In this document: positions 51,062-60,409 of the stretch, piece by piece | Position numbering within the stretch: the first letter of the stretch is position 1 | Layout: the number at the start of each line of letters is the position of its first letter | Notes under the pieces: generated by a model | Seen by the model: only the letters and a program-made list of their open reading frames with translations | Told to the model about the DNA's origin: nothing | Databases searched by the model: none | Source: Candidatus Poribacteria bacterium | GTDB lineage: Bacteria; Poribacteria; WGA-4E; JAJDTR01 | Direction: 5' to 3' | DNA: 64,000 nucleotides | Assembly: GCA_965222225.1 (NCBI GenBank) | Contig: CBDCTK010000002.1 | Coordinates: 3,808,001-3,872,000 of the forward strand | Made by a program: the position numbers and the translations under genes

Positions 51062-51925
51062 ATGCAAGACTTTCGGAAACCATTCCCGGCTTTGACGCCC
51101 ACCCAACGTCTGCATCTTGAGGTTTACGGCTACGTTGTCATCGAAAAAACGCTGTCGGAAGAACGAGTCGCCGCACTGCTTGATAAAATCTATGAGATTG
51201 AAACCTTCTTTCGCGAAACCGGAGAGTATCCGTACGGGCTCGTCGCGAATGCGCACAGCAAAACCGATCCGAATTATTTCCGTATCGATAATCTCCCGCA
51301 CATTGCCGAGTGTTTCTTCGAATACTTAACCGATCCGTATTTGGTCGGGCTTGCCCAAGAAATCGTCGGCACGCACGTCCGGCTGTTGCAATCCGATGCC
51401 CATATTATTCGGTATCCGCCGGAAAAGATGGAGCGGCAGAACTACGGATTTCACGGCGGGTGGCACGCCGAATTTGGCCGCACGACGAACGGTCTGTACC
51501 ACTGTCCGTTCATCAAAACGCTCTCCAATTTAACGGACTTGGACGAGGAAGACGGGGGCACGGCTGTTATTGCGGGTAGTCACAAGCTGTGCGGAATCCA
51601 ACGACAGGACATCATCGAGGTAGGGTTGCAAGATCCCGAAAAACTGATCCATCACGTCGTTGCTCCGGCGGGATCGACACTCCTACTTTTTGAATCCCTC
51701 TTGCATTCGGGCGGAATATGCACTTCGGGTAAGGAGCGCGTCTTTATTCTTGGCGGGTACTGGCCCTCAATGTTCCAACCGCATCAAGGGTATGAGCCGA
51801 ATGAGGAATTTTTGAAGACGATTCCCGAGGAGTATCATCCGGTGCTGACCGGCAGCAGGTGTTTCCAATTGGAGAATTTCACACGAGAACTTGGCACGCC
51901 TGCTGAAAAATATCCGTTCGATTAG
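51062..51925 (+). CDS. PhyH-like dioxygenase
   Basis: GGTAVIAGSH, PAGSTLLLFESLLHSG; HGG in place of HxD. Confidence 0.8.
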   Translation: MQDFRKPFPALTPTQRLHLEVYGYVVIEKTLSEERVAALLDKIYEIETFFRETGEYPYGLVANAHSKTDPNYFRIDNLPHIAECFFEYLTDPYLVGLAQEIVGTHVRLLQSDAHIIRYPPEKMERQNYGFHGGWHAEFGRTTNGLYHCPFIKTLSNLTDLDEEDGGTAVIAGSHKLCGIQRQDIIEVGLQDPEKLIHHVVAPAGSTLLLFESLLHSGGICTSGKERVFILGGYWPSMFQPHQGYEPNEEFLKTIPEEYHPVLTGSRCFQLENFTRELGTPAEKYPFD

Positions 51926-51993
51926 CTTGCAAATCATTGTAATAATCTACCGTTCACCGTTTCTAGGAGATTCTAAACGGATTTGGGTTTCAC

Positions 51994-52112
51994 GGGACCT
52001 CTATCACGCGGGATTTACTATCGCTTTCGCTATGGGATTTACTATCGCACTCGCTGTCCGCTCGGTTGATCGTTCGTTTGATCTCAGTCAATCCTATTTC
52101 GGTCGCTTGATT
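51994..52112 (-). repeat. Deepest nest of micro-elements (3-4 levels) in a family-A REP loop
   Basis: Four 5' ends and three 3' ends between TTGGGTTTCAC and CTTCTACCCAACCTAC. Confidence 0.85.
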
Positions 52113-52167
52113 CTTCTACCCAACCTACAGCTATTTAAGTCCTATGAAATACGCTAAAGGATAGACA

Positions 52168-53346
52168 ATGCACACGAAAAATAAACCCAGCAAAATCACA
52201 CTTGGGGCGCTATTGGCGCTCGCCATATTGTCGGGAATACCACTACTGAGTCGTGCGGTGGAAGCCCATCAGCAGAACGTCGAGATTGTGGGCAAAGCCT
52301 CGGTCAACCACGTGCCGAAATTTACGACACCCGGCACAATCAGCGCAACAGGAATTGTCGAAGTGAATGACAATATCGGCATTGGGACGACGGATCCGGA
52401 GAATAAAGTGCACATCTTCGGGAACGTTCTTCAGGTGGAGAGCGGAGGACCCGCGCTATGGTTAAAGGAAAGCGATCAACAGAGCTACCGAGCGGACTAC
52501 GGCTACTGGCGGATTATCGCCGACCACAACGCGCTATTCTTCGAGGTTTGGGAGAACGGGAACGGTAAACCGGGGCATGAGTTCGACATTCAGGATGAGT
52601 TCATGTCCTTTCAGCGAACCCAGACCACCGTACCGTTGGCGAACCATATCATTCAGTGGAATTACGATTTTTACGGTCAAGGGGTGCGAGATCTCAACAT
52701 CGGCGCCAACTGGGCGCAACCAAGCCGGCCCCAGAAGCCCCGCACGTTGTCGCTGATGTCGCTCAATGGCGAAATCAATGAGCTTGTCTACGCCATGCGC
52801 ATTCTTCCGAACAATGCGCGCCCACACGTCATATTCCCCAGTGGTAATATCGGTATCGGCGAAACTCGTCCGGAGAACCTCCTCACCATGAAGCGGTCTT
52901 CCGAGACGGATCCCATCGCGGATGGGTGGACGACATACAGCTCAAGACGATGGAAGACGGACATCAAGCCCCTTGACGGTGCGTTGGACAAAGTTCGGCG
53001 ATTGCGCGGCGTGTCTTTCGACTGGCGCGCCGATGGAAAGCAGGACATCGGGCTGATTGCCGAGGAAGTGGGCGAAGTGGTACCCGAGGTGGTTGTGTAC
53101 GAAGAAAACGGGCATGACGCCAAGTCGGTGGACTATGCGCGTCTGGTTCCCCTGTTGGTGGAGTCTATCAAGGAACAGCAGGAGGTGATTCGGAAGCAGG
53201 ACGCCGCGTTGACCGAGCTCAACGGCAGAATGGCTAAAGTTGAAGCCGCGTTGCGGAAATTTCAGAAAGCGGCAGTTTCGCAGATAGGGGTTGAACAAGG
53301 GGTTGTGCAGCCGCTCGGCAGGTTGCATAGCCGCGAATCAAATTGA
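52168..53346 (+). CDS. Secreted tail-fibre-like protein with intramolecular chaperone auto-processing (peptidase S74) domain
   Basis: Signal peptide; NIGIG..P repeats; SSRRWKTDI, GLIAEEV..VVPEVV, VDYARLVPLLVESIKEQQ. Confidence 0.85.
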   Translation: MHTKNKPSKITLGALLALAILSGIPLLSRAVEAHQQNVEIVGKASVNHVPKFTTPGTISATGIVEVNDNIGIGTTDPENKVHIFGNVLQVESGGPALWLKESDQQSYRADYGYWRIIADHNALFFEVWENGNGKPGHEFDIQDEFMSFQRTQTTVPLANHIIQWNYDFYGQGVRDLNIGANWAQPSRPQKPRTLSLMSLNGEINELVYAMRILPNNARPHVIFPSGNIGIGETRPENLLTMKRSSETDPIADGWTTYSSRRWKTDIKPLDGALDKVRRLRGVSFDWRADGKQDIGLIAEEVGEVVPEVVVYEENGHDAKSVDYARLVPLLVESIKEQQEVIRKQDAALTELNGRMAKVEAALRKFQKAAVSQIGVEQGVVQPLGRLHSRESN

Positions 53347-53364
53347 TTGGCAGGATAAAGCGAG

Positions 53365-54390
53365 ATGAAACAGGCACTGCGTTCCACCGTGTTTTTCCAA
53401 AAGGCGCTCGGATCGTTGTTAGGTGGCTTAATCGGAGACGCCATAGGGACACCGACTGAGAACATGCGTTATCCCGAAATTGAAAAGCAGTTCGGTTGGG
53501 TAGCGGATTTTGAATGCGATGGAACCGACGACACGGTAATGAAATACCTCTTGGCAGAGGCGCTTATCCGCACCGAGGGGTACGCGACCTATGACGATTG
53601 GGCTCAGGTCTGGCTTGACCAATGGGACGACATTTTTGGCGTTAAGGTCAACAAATTTTTCCAGTCAGTGCTGCATACTGCGGTTAAATTACGTCGCCAC
53701 TGTATCCCTAGAATGGCAGCGCTGGGTAACATGCCCAGTTCGAGTTCGGCGATGTGTATCGCACCGGTAGGGATTGTAAATGCTTGCAACCCGCGGCAAG
53801 CAGCGGAGCAAGCCTACAACTTGGCAAGTCTCATCCACATCCACGATGTCTCATTTTGCCAAGATGGCGCGGCTGCGATTGCTGCTGCGGTCGCCTCGGC
53901 ATTTTATCCGGCAGCAAGCGTTGACTCCATTCTTGACGCGGCGCTCAACGCCGTAGTGCCGGTAAGTGGCGAGGAAATGTTGGAGCTTATCACCAAGGCG
54001 CTGACAACAGCAAGTGAGACGAAGGATTACAGGACATTCCGGCAAACTGTATACGCCAATGAGGGGCATTTCTTCCGTCGGATTGCCTGTGACTCGCGGG
54101 AGACGGTTCCCATGACTCTGGCACTTTTCCGCCTCGCTGAAGGGAATGTGGAAAAAATGGTAACCTACGGTGCCAACTTTGGACGCGATGCGGACACGAT
54201 TTCCACTATGGGCGGGGCGATCGCCGGAGCTTATCAGGGCATCAAGGGAATTCGATCGGACTGGGTGCAGAAAGGGCGTCAGTTCACCAGCGTCGATCAG
54301 GATGAACTAGCGGAACGGCTCGTCATCACGGCGCGTGCCAAATTTGATTCGCAGGAGTTGGTGCGACAAGGGTTTACCGCGATCTTGTAA
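53365..54390 (+). CDS. ADP-ribosylglycohydrolase family protein
   Basis: GDAIGTPTE, TDDT, MCIAPVG, GRDADTI..MGGAIAGA. Confidence 0.9.
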   Translation: MKQALRSTVFFQKALGSLLGGLIGDAIGTPTENMRYPEIEKQFGWVADFECDGTDDTVMKYLLAEALIRTEGYATYDDWAQVWLDQWDDIFGVKVNKFFQSVLHTAVKLRRHCIPRMAALGNMPSSSSAMCIAPVGIVNACNPRQAAEQAYNLASLIHIHDVSFCQDGAAAIAAAVASAFYPAASVDSILDAALNAVVPVSGEEMLELITKALTTASETKDYRTFRQTVYANEGHFFRRIACDSRETVPMTLALFRLAEGNVEKMVTYGANFGRDADTISTMGGAIAGAYQGIKGIRSDWVQKGRQFTSVDQDELAERLVITARAKFDSQELVRQGFTAIL

Positions 54391-54437
54391 GGCTTGTGTT
54401 AAGTTGGAAGGACTTACGCAATTCGGTTTGTAGGAGC

Positions 54438-54607
54438 GATCAAGGGAGCGAATAGCGACTGCGATGGAGATTCCTTTATTGCGCGTCTTCTGTAGGAGCG
54501 AGTTTCACTCGCGACAGAAAGTCGTGGCCGGAAGAGGATTTCTATCGCACGGGATTGTCTATTGCACTCCTTATCTAGTCGCTTGATCGTTCTCCACTTG
54601 TTTGATC
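54438..54607. repeat. Forward micro-element (54438-54474) and reverse nested pair (54535-54607)
   Basis: Inner unit 54551-54588 replaces the second GA of an outer unit. Confidence 0.85.
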
Positions 54608-54732
54608 GTTGATGGCGCCCTGCAAAAAAAGGGTTGGTGCGCATTGCGCGCCCTACAGGACGGTCGTGCAATGAGAATAACGATTGTAGAAAGAAAGAGA
54701 ATCAGAGATTTGAAGATTGAACGGAGATTATC

Positions 54733-56349
54733 ATGATGAAAACGTTAACGTTCATCCTTATCGGTCTTGTCTGCGGATTCGTGTCGGTAACACCCCTTGC
54801 GGGCGAAGAGGTCAAGCTGATTGGTGTCGATCAAGGTGCGACGAACAGCCACATGTCCGTCGATATTATCGGAGACTCCATCATTCTCGGGGGCCAAATA
54901 TTGGCGCACAACATGAAGGACAGCTTCGCGACAATTTTCACATGGGATGCGAAAAGCTGGAAACGGACAGCGGAACTTCACCCCGGTGACCGCGACCCGG
55001 CGAACCCCGGCGCTGGCGACTTTGGATGGTCGGTCGCCGTTGACCGCATCCGTTGGTGGGGCATCACGAACTATGCTATCGTCGGAGCACCGCTGGACGA
55101 TGCTGCCGGCGCTAAGTCCGGATCGGCTTATATCTACGCCCGCACCGGAAACAACTGGAAACAGCAGGTGAAACTTATCGCCGATGATGCAGCAGCTGGC
55201 GACGCTTTCGGGTATGCCGTCTCCGTTTACGGAACCACGGCGGTCGTCGGTGCACCGAAGGACGATGACTCCGGCAGCAACTCGGGTTCAGCCTATGTGT
55301 TCGTGCGCGATGAGAACAGTTGGACGCAACATTCGAAACTCGTGCCGCAAGATTTGGGCGGATCCGATGCTTTCGGAGAGGCAATCTTAATCGTAGAGGA
55401 CACCGTTATCATCGGGGCGCCCGGACATACGCACGGTGAAATAAGATTCGCAGGTGCCGTCTACGTCTTCGTACGCGAAGGCGTGGCGTGGCTGCAAAAA
55501 GCCAAACTCACGGCAGACGACGCAGCAGCCAGCGATCGATTCGGAAATGTCCTCGCCATGAGCGGAAACACCCTCATCGTTGGGGCGCCATTGCGTGATA
55601 CGCAGGCAGGAAAAGACGCGGGCGCCGCCTACGTTTTCTCTCGCGACGGCGACCTCTGGAAACAGAGGGAGAAGCTCAAAGCCAAGAGCACACGGAAGAA
55701 CGACCATTTTGGCACCAGCGTCGCAACCACCGGAAAAATTGCCATCATTGGAGCGAATTTGCACGAAGAAAACGCGCTCGCCTCAGGTGCGGCATATTCC
55801 TTCGTAAATGTTGACGGGGTCTGGGAGGAAAGGGACAAGGTCGTGCCCGCGGACGCCGGTTTAAACACCCGTTTCGGCACGTGGGTCGCCATGAGCGGTA
55901 ACACTGTCGTTGCGTCTGCCGGGGTGACGCCGCACCCCGTCGCCGGAAGAAGTACCGGAACGGCAGCCTATGTGTATAATAGCATAGAGGATTTCAACAC
56001 ACCTCCGTACGCTGTTCGACCCGTTGGTTTAACCGTGACGACGCTAGGCAAGCTGAAGCGCACGGCGCTTTATCAGAACTTCCCCAATCCGTTCAACCCG
56101 GAAACATGGTTGCCGTATCGTCTGGCGGCAGATGCTCCGGTGACGTTTCGCATCTACAACACCCAAGGGCAACCGGTGCGAGAGTTGGATTTGGGCAGCC
56201 AAGCGGCGGGTGATTATCTGTCCCTAGAAGCGGCTGCCTATTGGGATGGCAGGGACGAATTGGGCGAGATTGTTTCGAGCGGCGTCTATTTCTACACGCT
56301 TCAGGCTGGCGTGTTCCAAGCCACGCGGCGGATGCTAATTTTGAAATAG
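54733..56349 (+). CDS. Secreted FG-GAP repeat protein with T9SS-A/FlgD-like C-terminal domain, paralog 1
   Basis: Repeated FG.AV...G.T..VGAP...GAAY; QNFPNPFNPETW...WDGRDELGE.VSSGVYFY. Confidence 0.88.
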   Translation: MMKTLTFILIGLVCGFVSVTPLAGEEVKLIGVDQGATNSHMSVDIIGDSIILGGQILAHNMKDSFATIFTWDAKSWKRTAELHPGDRDPANPGAGDFGWSVAVDRIRWWGITNYAIVGAPLDDAAGAKSGSAYIYARTGNNWKQQVKLIADDAAAGDAFGYAVSVYGTTAVVGAPKDDDSGSNSGSAYVFVRDENSWTQHSKLVPQDLGGSDAFGEAILIVEDTVIIGAPGHTHGEIRFAGAVYVFVREGVAWLQKAKLTADDAAASDRFGNVLAMSGNTLIVGAPLRDTQAGKDAGAAYVFSRDGDLWKQREKLKAKSTRKNDHFGTSVATTGKIAIIGANLHEENALASGAAYSFVNVDGVWEERDKVVPADAGLNTRFGTWVAMSGNTVVASAGVTPHPVAGRSTGTAAYVYNSIEDFNTPPYAVRPVGLTVTTLGKLKRTALYQNFPNPFNPETWLPYRLAADAPVTFRIYNTQGQPVRELDLGSQAAGDYLSLEAAAYWDGRDELGEIVSSGVYFYTLQAGVFQATRRMLILK

Positions 56350-56376
56350 TAGCACCCACGCAGTTGACCCGCCAAG

Positions 56377-56685
56377 CTCGACTTTGTACAAAAATACAAT
56401 TCTGAATTGCCATCTTGTAGGGTGCGCACTGCGCACCAGCCTTTGAAAGCTCCAGCGCGAGATCAAACGAGTGAATAACGAGGGATCAAGCGACTGGATA
56501 GGGAGCGTAGAAGTCCCATAGCAAATCCCGTGCGATAGAGATCTCGACAGGTTGCATAGTATCAGGAACCGCTTGAGACTTTTTCAATGGTCAACCAAAA
56601 AGACCAAATGTCTAAAATCTCCTCCATTTTTCTTCAACGCTTGATTGACACCGTTTGTTATCCCGCTTAAATGTACAAAGTCGAG
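56377..56685. mobile_element. MITE with perfect 14-bp TIR CTCGACTTTGTACA
   Basis: CTCGACTTTGTACA...TGTACAAAGTCGAG; carries a REP and nested micro-elements; related ends at 35826 and 58412. Confidence 0.75.
56461..56544 (+). repeat. Nested micro-elements
   Basis: Two GATCAA starts and three 3' ends. Confidence 0.85.
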
Positions 56686-56730
56686 TTAAACAGTTACGTA
56701 CAAACAATATAGCACGGCAAGGAGATGGTC

Positions 56731-58359
56731 ATGAAAACGACTCAGTTTATCCTCATCAGTCTTGTTGTTGGCATCGCCATGGGGAGCGCCAGTCACGCCG
56801 CCGAAGGCGAAATCAAGCTCATCGGAGCTGAGGAGGGAGCACGCAATAGAACACGTATGCCCGCCGATGTTGTCGGAAATGTCATAATCGTCGGCGTACA
56901 TGATGTGGATGTCAACAACATTCCCGGCGCGGGCAGAATCTACACACGGAATCGGACAAAGTGGGAACAGACCGCGGAACTCATCGCCCACGACCGCAAT
57001 CTAGATCAAGCCAAGCCGGGGCAGCCGGGATTCGGGTTCGCCGTCTCCATCAGCGGTCGTCCCGGGAGGACAAGCGCGGACTATGCCATCATCGGAGCGC
57101 CGGGCGACGACGACGCCGGGAAAAACGCCGGGGCAGCCTACATCTACGCTTTCAACGGGAAAGACTGGAAACAGGAGGTGAAACTTACCGCTGTGGACTC
57201 AGAAGCGGGAGACGCTTTCGGGTATGTGGTCTCGGTTGATGGGACCACTGCGGCGGTTGGCGCGCCCAAGGACGATGATGCCGGCAGCAATTCGGGGGCA
57301 GCTTTTGTCTTAGTGCGCGATGCGAATAGATGGAAGCAGCATGCGAAGCTCATCCCCAAAGATTTGGCGAAATCGGACGCACTGGGTGAGGCAGTCGACA
57401 TTCAAGGGGACACCGTAATCGCCGGGGCGCCCGGGCACACTCATGGCGGCGTAAGGTTCGCCGGCGCCGTTTACGTTTTCGTGCGTGATGGGGATGCGTG
57501 GAAGGAACAAGCTAAACTCACGGCCGACGATGCGGCACCTAGCGACCGATTCGGAGTTTCGGTTGGCATTGAAGGCGACACTGTCATCGTCGGATCGCTG
57601 CTGAACGATGCTGGCGGTAAGAAAGATGCCGGCGCCGCTTACATCTTTGTCCGTGACGGAAACAACTGGAAACAGCAGGCAAAACTGATTGCACCGAAGA
57701 AGCGAAAGGGCGACCATTTCGGTGCAGCGGTTGCCACCACCGGTAAGATTTCCGTCGTTGGCGCACCGCTCCGCGAAGAGGGCGGACTCGGCGCGGGTGC
57801 CGCGTATTCATTTGTTAACGTTGACGGCGTCTGGAAAAATGCGGAAACGGTTGTGCCCGAGGGCGCCGCGCCAAACCTCGTTTTCGGCTCCGCGCTTGCC
57901 ATAAGCGGCGATACGATTGTCGTTGCTGGCGGTGCCGCCCCTGAAGTCGCTGCCGGATTCGGTAATGGTACAGCGGCATACGTTTATAGCGGGGAGAAGC
58001 ACTTTGGCACACCACCCTTCGCTGTCGAGCCGTTTGGATTGAAGATCGCAACGCTGGGACAGGTCAAACGCACCGCGCTCTTTCAAAATTTTCCCAATCC
58101 GTTCAACCCGGAAACATGGTTGCCGTATCGTCTGGCGACAGATGCTCCGGTGACGTTTCGCATCTACAACACCCAAGGGCAACCGGTGCGAGAGTTGGAT
58201 TTGGGCAGCCAAGCGGCGGGTGATTATCTGTCCCTAGAAGCGGCTGCCTATTGGGATGGCAGGGACGAATTGGGCGAGATTGTTTCTAGCGGCATCTATT
58301 TCTACACGCTTGAAACTGGGGCGTTCCAAGCCACGCGACGAATGCTGATTTTGAAGTAG
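56731..58359 (+). CDS. Secreted FG-GAP repeat protein, paralog 2
   Basis: As paralog 1; AAGGAG RBS. Confidence 0.88.
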   Translation: MKTTQFILISLVVGIAMGSASHAAEGEIKLIGAEEGARNRTRMPADVVGNVIIVGVHDVDVNNIPGAGRIYTRNRTKWEQTAELIAHDRNLDQAKPGQPGFGFAVSISGRPGRTSADYAIIGAPGDDDAGKNAGAAYIYAFNGKDWKQEVKLTAVDSEAGDAFGYVVSVDGTTAAVGAPKDDDAGSNSGAAFVLVRDANRWKQHAKLIPKDLAKSDALGEAVDIQGDTVIAGAPGHTHGGVRFAGAVYVFVRDGDAWKEQAKLTADDAAPSDRFGVSVGIEGDTVIVGSLLNDAGGKKDAGAAYIFVRDGNNWKQQAKLIAPKKRKGDHFGAAVATTGKISVVGAPLREEGGLGAGAAYSFVNVDGVWKNAETVVPEGAAPNLVFGSALAISGDTIVVAGGAAPEVAAGFGNGTAAYVYSGEKHFGTPPFAVEPFGLKIATLGQVKRTALFQNFPNPFNPETWLPYRLATDAPVTFRIYNTQGQPVRELDLGSQAAGDYLSLEAAAYWDGRDELGEIVSSGIYFYTLETGAFQATRRMLILK

Positions 58360-58468
58360 TTGAAACTTCCTTAATGAGTGTAGGGAACGCAGATCTGCGT
58401 TCCCAACTACGCTCGACTTTGTGCATTTGTAAGGTGGGCACTCTGCCTTACATTTTTATGTAGGAGGG

Positions 58469-58505
58469 GATCAAGCGAACGGATAGTGAGTGCGATAGAG
58501 ATCCC
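58469..58505 (+). repeat. 37-nt micro-element in REP GTAGGAGGG..TTGCCCCG
   Basis: GATCAA GC GA AC GGATA GT GA GT GCGATAG AG ATCCC. Confidence 0.88.
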
Positions 58506-58638
58506 ATTGCCCCGATGTTTTATCTATAGCGTGCCATTATCCCTGTCGGAATATTTCCCTCATCAAGAAACACTCATTTTTCACTCTATGACTAGCTTTG
58601 AGAAAGTGTTACTTGGTAAAAGTTCAAAGGAGATGGTC

Positions 58639-60267
58639 ATGAAATTGACTCAGTTTTTCCTCATCAGTCTTGTTGTTGGCATCGCCATTGGGAGCGCCAG
58701 TCACGCCGCCGAAGGCGAAATCCAGCTCATCGGAGCTGAGGCCGGAATACGCAATAGAGGTCGAATGCCCGCCGATATTGTGGGAGATGTCGTAATCGTC
58801 GGCGTGCATAATGTGGACCACGACAAGTTTCCGGGCGCCGGCAGAATCTACACACTGAATCGGAATAAGTGGGAACTGACCGCGGAACTTACCCCTCATG
58901 ACCGAAAACTGAATATACCGAATCCGGGGCAGCCGGGGTTCGGATACGCTGTCTCAATCAGCGCGCCGCCAGGACGCAGAAACGCGGACTATGCCATTAT
59001 CGGAGCGCCGGGCGATGACGAAGCCGCAGAAAACGCCGGGGCAGCCTACATATACGCCTTCAACGGGCATGACTGGCAACAGGAGGTGAAACTTACCGCT
59101 GCCGACGCGGGGCAGAGAGACGCTTTCGGGTATGTGGTCTCGGTTGATGGCACAACCGCGGTGGTTGGCGCGCCCGGGGACGATGATGCCGGCAACAATT
59201 CCGGGGCAGTTTATGTCTTCGTCCGCGATGCGAACGGATGGAAACAGCACACCAAGCTCGTCCCCAAAGATTTGGCGAAATTGGATGCATTCGGTGATGC
59301 GGTCGGGATCCAAGCGAGCACCCTTATTGTCGGGGCGACCGGGCACACACATGGCGGCGAAAGATTCGCAGGCGCTGTTTTCGTCTTCGTCCGCGATGGC
59401 GATACGTGGAGGATGCAAGCCAAACTCACGGCTGACGATGCGGGTGCCGGTGACCAGTTCGGCGCTTCGGTTGGCATGGAAGGCGACACTATTATCGTAG
59501 GAGCCAAAAAGCACGATTCCGACGGCATAAAAGACGCCGGCGCCGCATATATTTTTCAGCGCGACGGAAACACTTGGAAACAGCAGGCAAAGCTAACTGG
59601 GCCAAAGAAGCGAAACGGGGATCACTTCGGAACAGGCGTTGCCACGAGCAGGAATATCGCGATCGTTGGCGCGCCGCTCCGGGAAGAGGGCGGACCCAGC
59701 GCGGGTGCCGCGTATTCCTTCGTGAATGTTGACGGCGTCTGGAAGAATGCTGCAACGGTGGTGCCCGACGTCGCACATCCAAACCTCTTTTTCGGCTCCG
59801 CGATCGCCATAAGCGGCGATACTGTCATTGTCACTGGCGGAGACGGACCGGAAAAGGGCGTCGGAGTCGGTAACGGAATAGTGGCGTATGTTTATGGTGG
59901 AGCAGAGCACTTCAATACCCCGCCTTTCGCCGTCGAGCCATTTGGTTTGAAGGTCACAACTTTGGCTCACCTCAAACGCACTGCACTCTATCAAAACTTC
60001 CCCAATCCGTTCAATCCGGAAACCTGGCTGCCGTATCGTCTGGCGACAGACGCACCGGTAACGTTTCGTATCTACAACATCCAAGGGCAACCGGTGCGAC
60101 AGTTGAATCTGGGCAGGCAAACAGCGGGTGATTATCTGTCCCGAGAAACGGCTGCGTATTGGGATGGCAGGGACGAATTGGGCGAGATGGCTTCCAGCGG
60201 CGTCTATTTCTACGCGCTTGAAGCTGGGGCGTTCCAGGCTACGCGACGGATGCTGATTTTGAAGTAG
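58639..60267 (+). CDS. Secreted FG-GAP repeat protein, paralog 3
   Basis: As paralog 2; start chosen from RBS and paralog alignment. Confidence 0.88.
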   Translation: MKLTQFFLISLVVGIAIGSASHAAEGEIQLIGAEAGIRNRGRMPADIVGDVVIVGVHNVDHDKFPGAGRIYTLNRNKWELTAELTPHDRKLNIPNPGQPGFGYAVSISAPPGRRNADYAIIGAPGDDEAAENAGAAYIYAFNGHDWQQEVKLTAADAGQRDAFGYVVSVDGTTAVVGAPGDDDAGNNSGAVYVFVRDANGWKQHTKLVPKDLAKLDAFGDAVGIQASTLIVGATGHTHGGERFAGAVFVFVRDGDTWRMQAKLTADDAGAGDQFGASVGMEGDTIIVGAKKHDSDGIKDAGAAYIFQRDGNTWKQQAKLTGPKKRNGDHFGTGVATSRNIAIVGAPLREEGGPSAGAAYSFVNVDGVWKNAATVVPDVAHPNLFFGSAIAISGDTVIVTGGDGPEKGVGVGNGIVAYVYGGAEHFNTPPFAVEPFGLKVTTLAHLKRTALYQNFPNPFNPETWLPYRLATDAPVTFRIYNIQGQPVRQLNLGRQTAGDYLSRETAAYWDGRDELGEMASSGVYFYALEAGAFQATRRMLILK

Positions 60268-60409
60268 TTGGGACTTGCGCAGATGATGCGGCTGAACATG
60301 GTTGGGGAAAGAGAAGAAGGAATCCGGCGATTTGAAGATTGAAGATTGTTGCAACAAGCCTACTATGGGAGCAAGTTTTGCTAACGACAGGAGGTCGCGA
60401 TCGGGAGAA

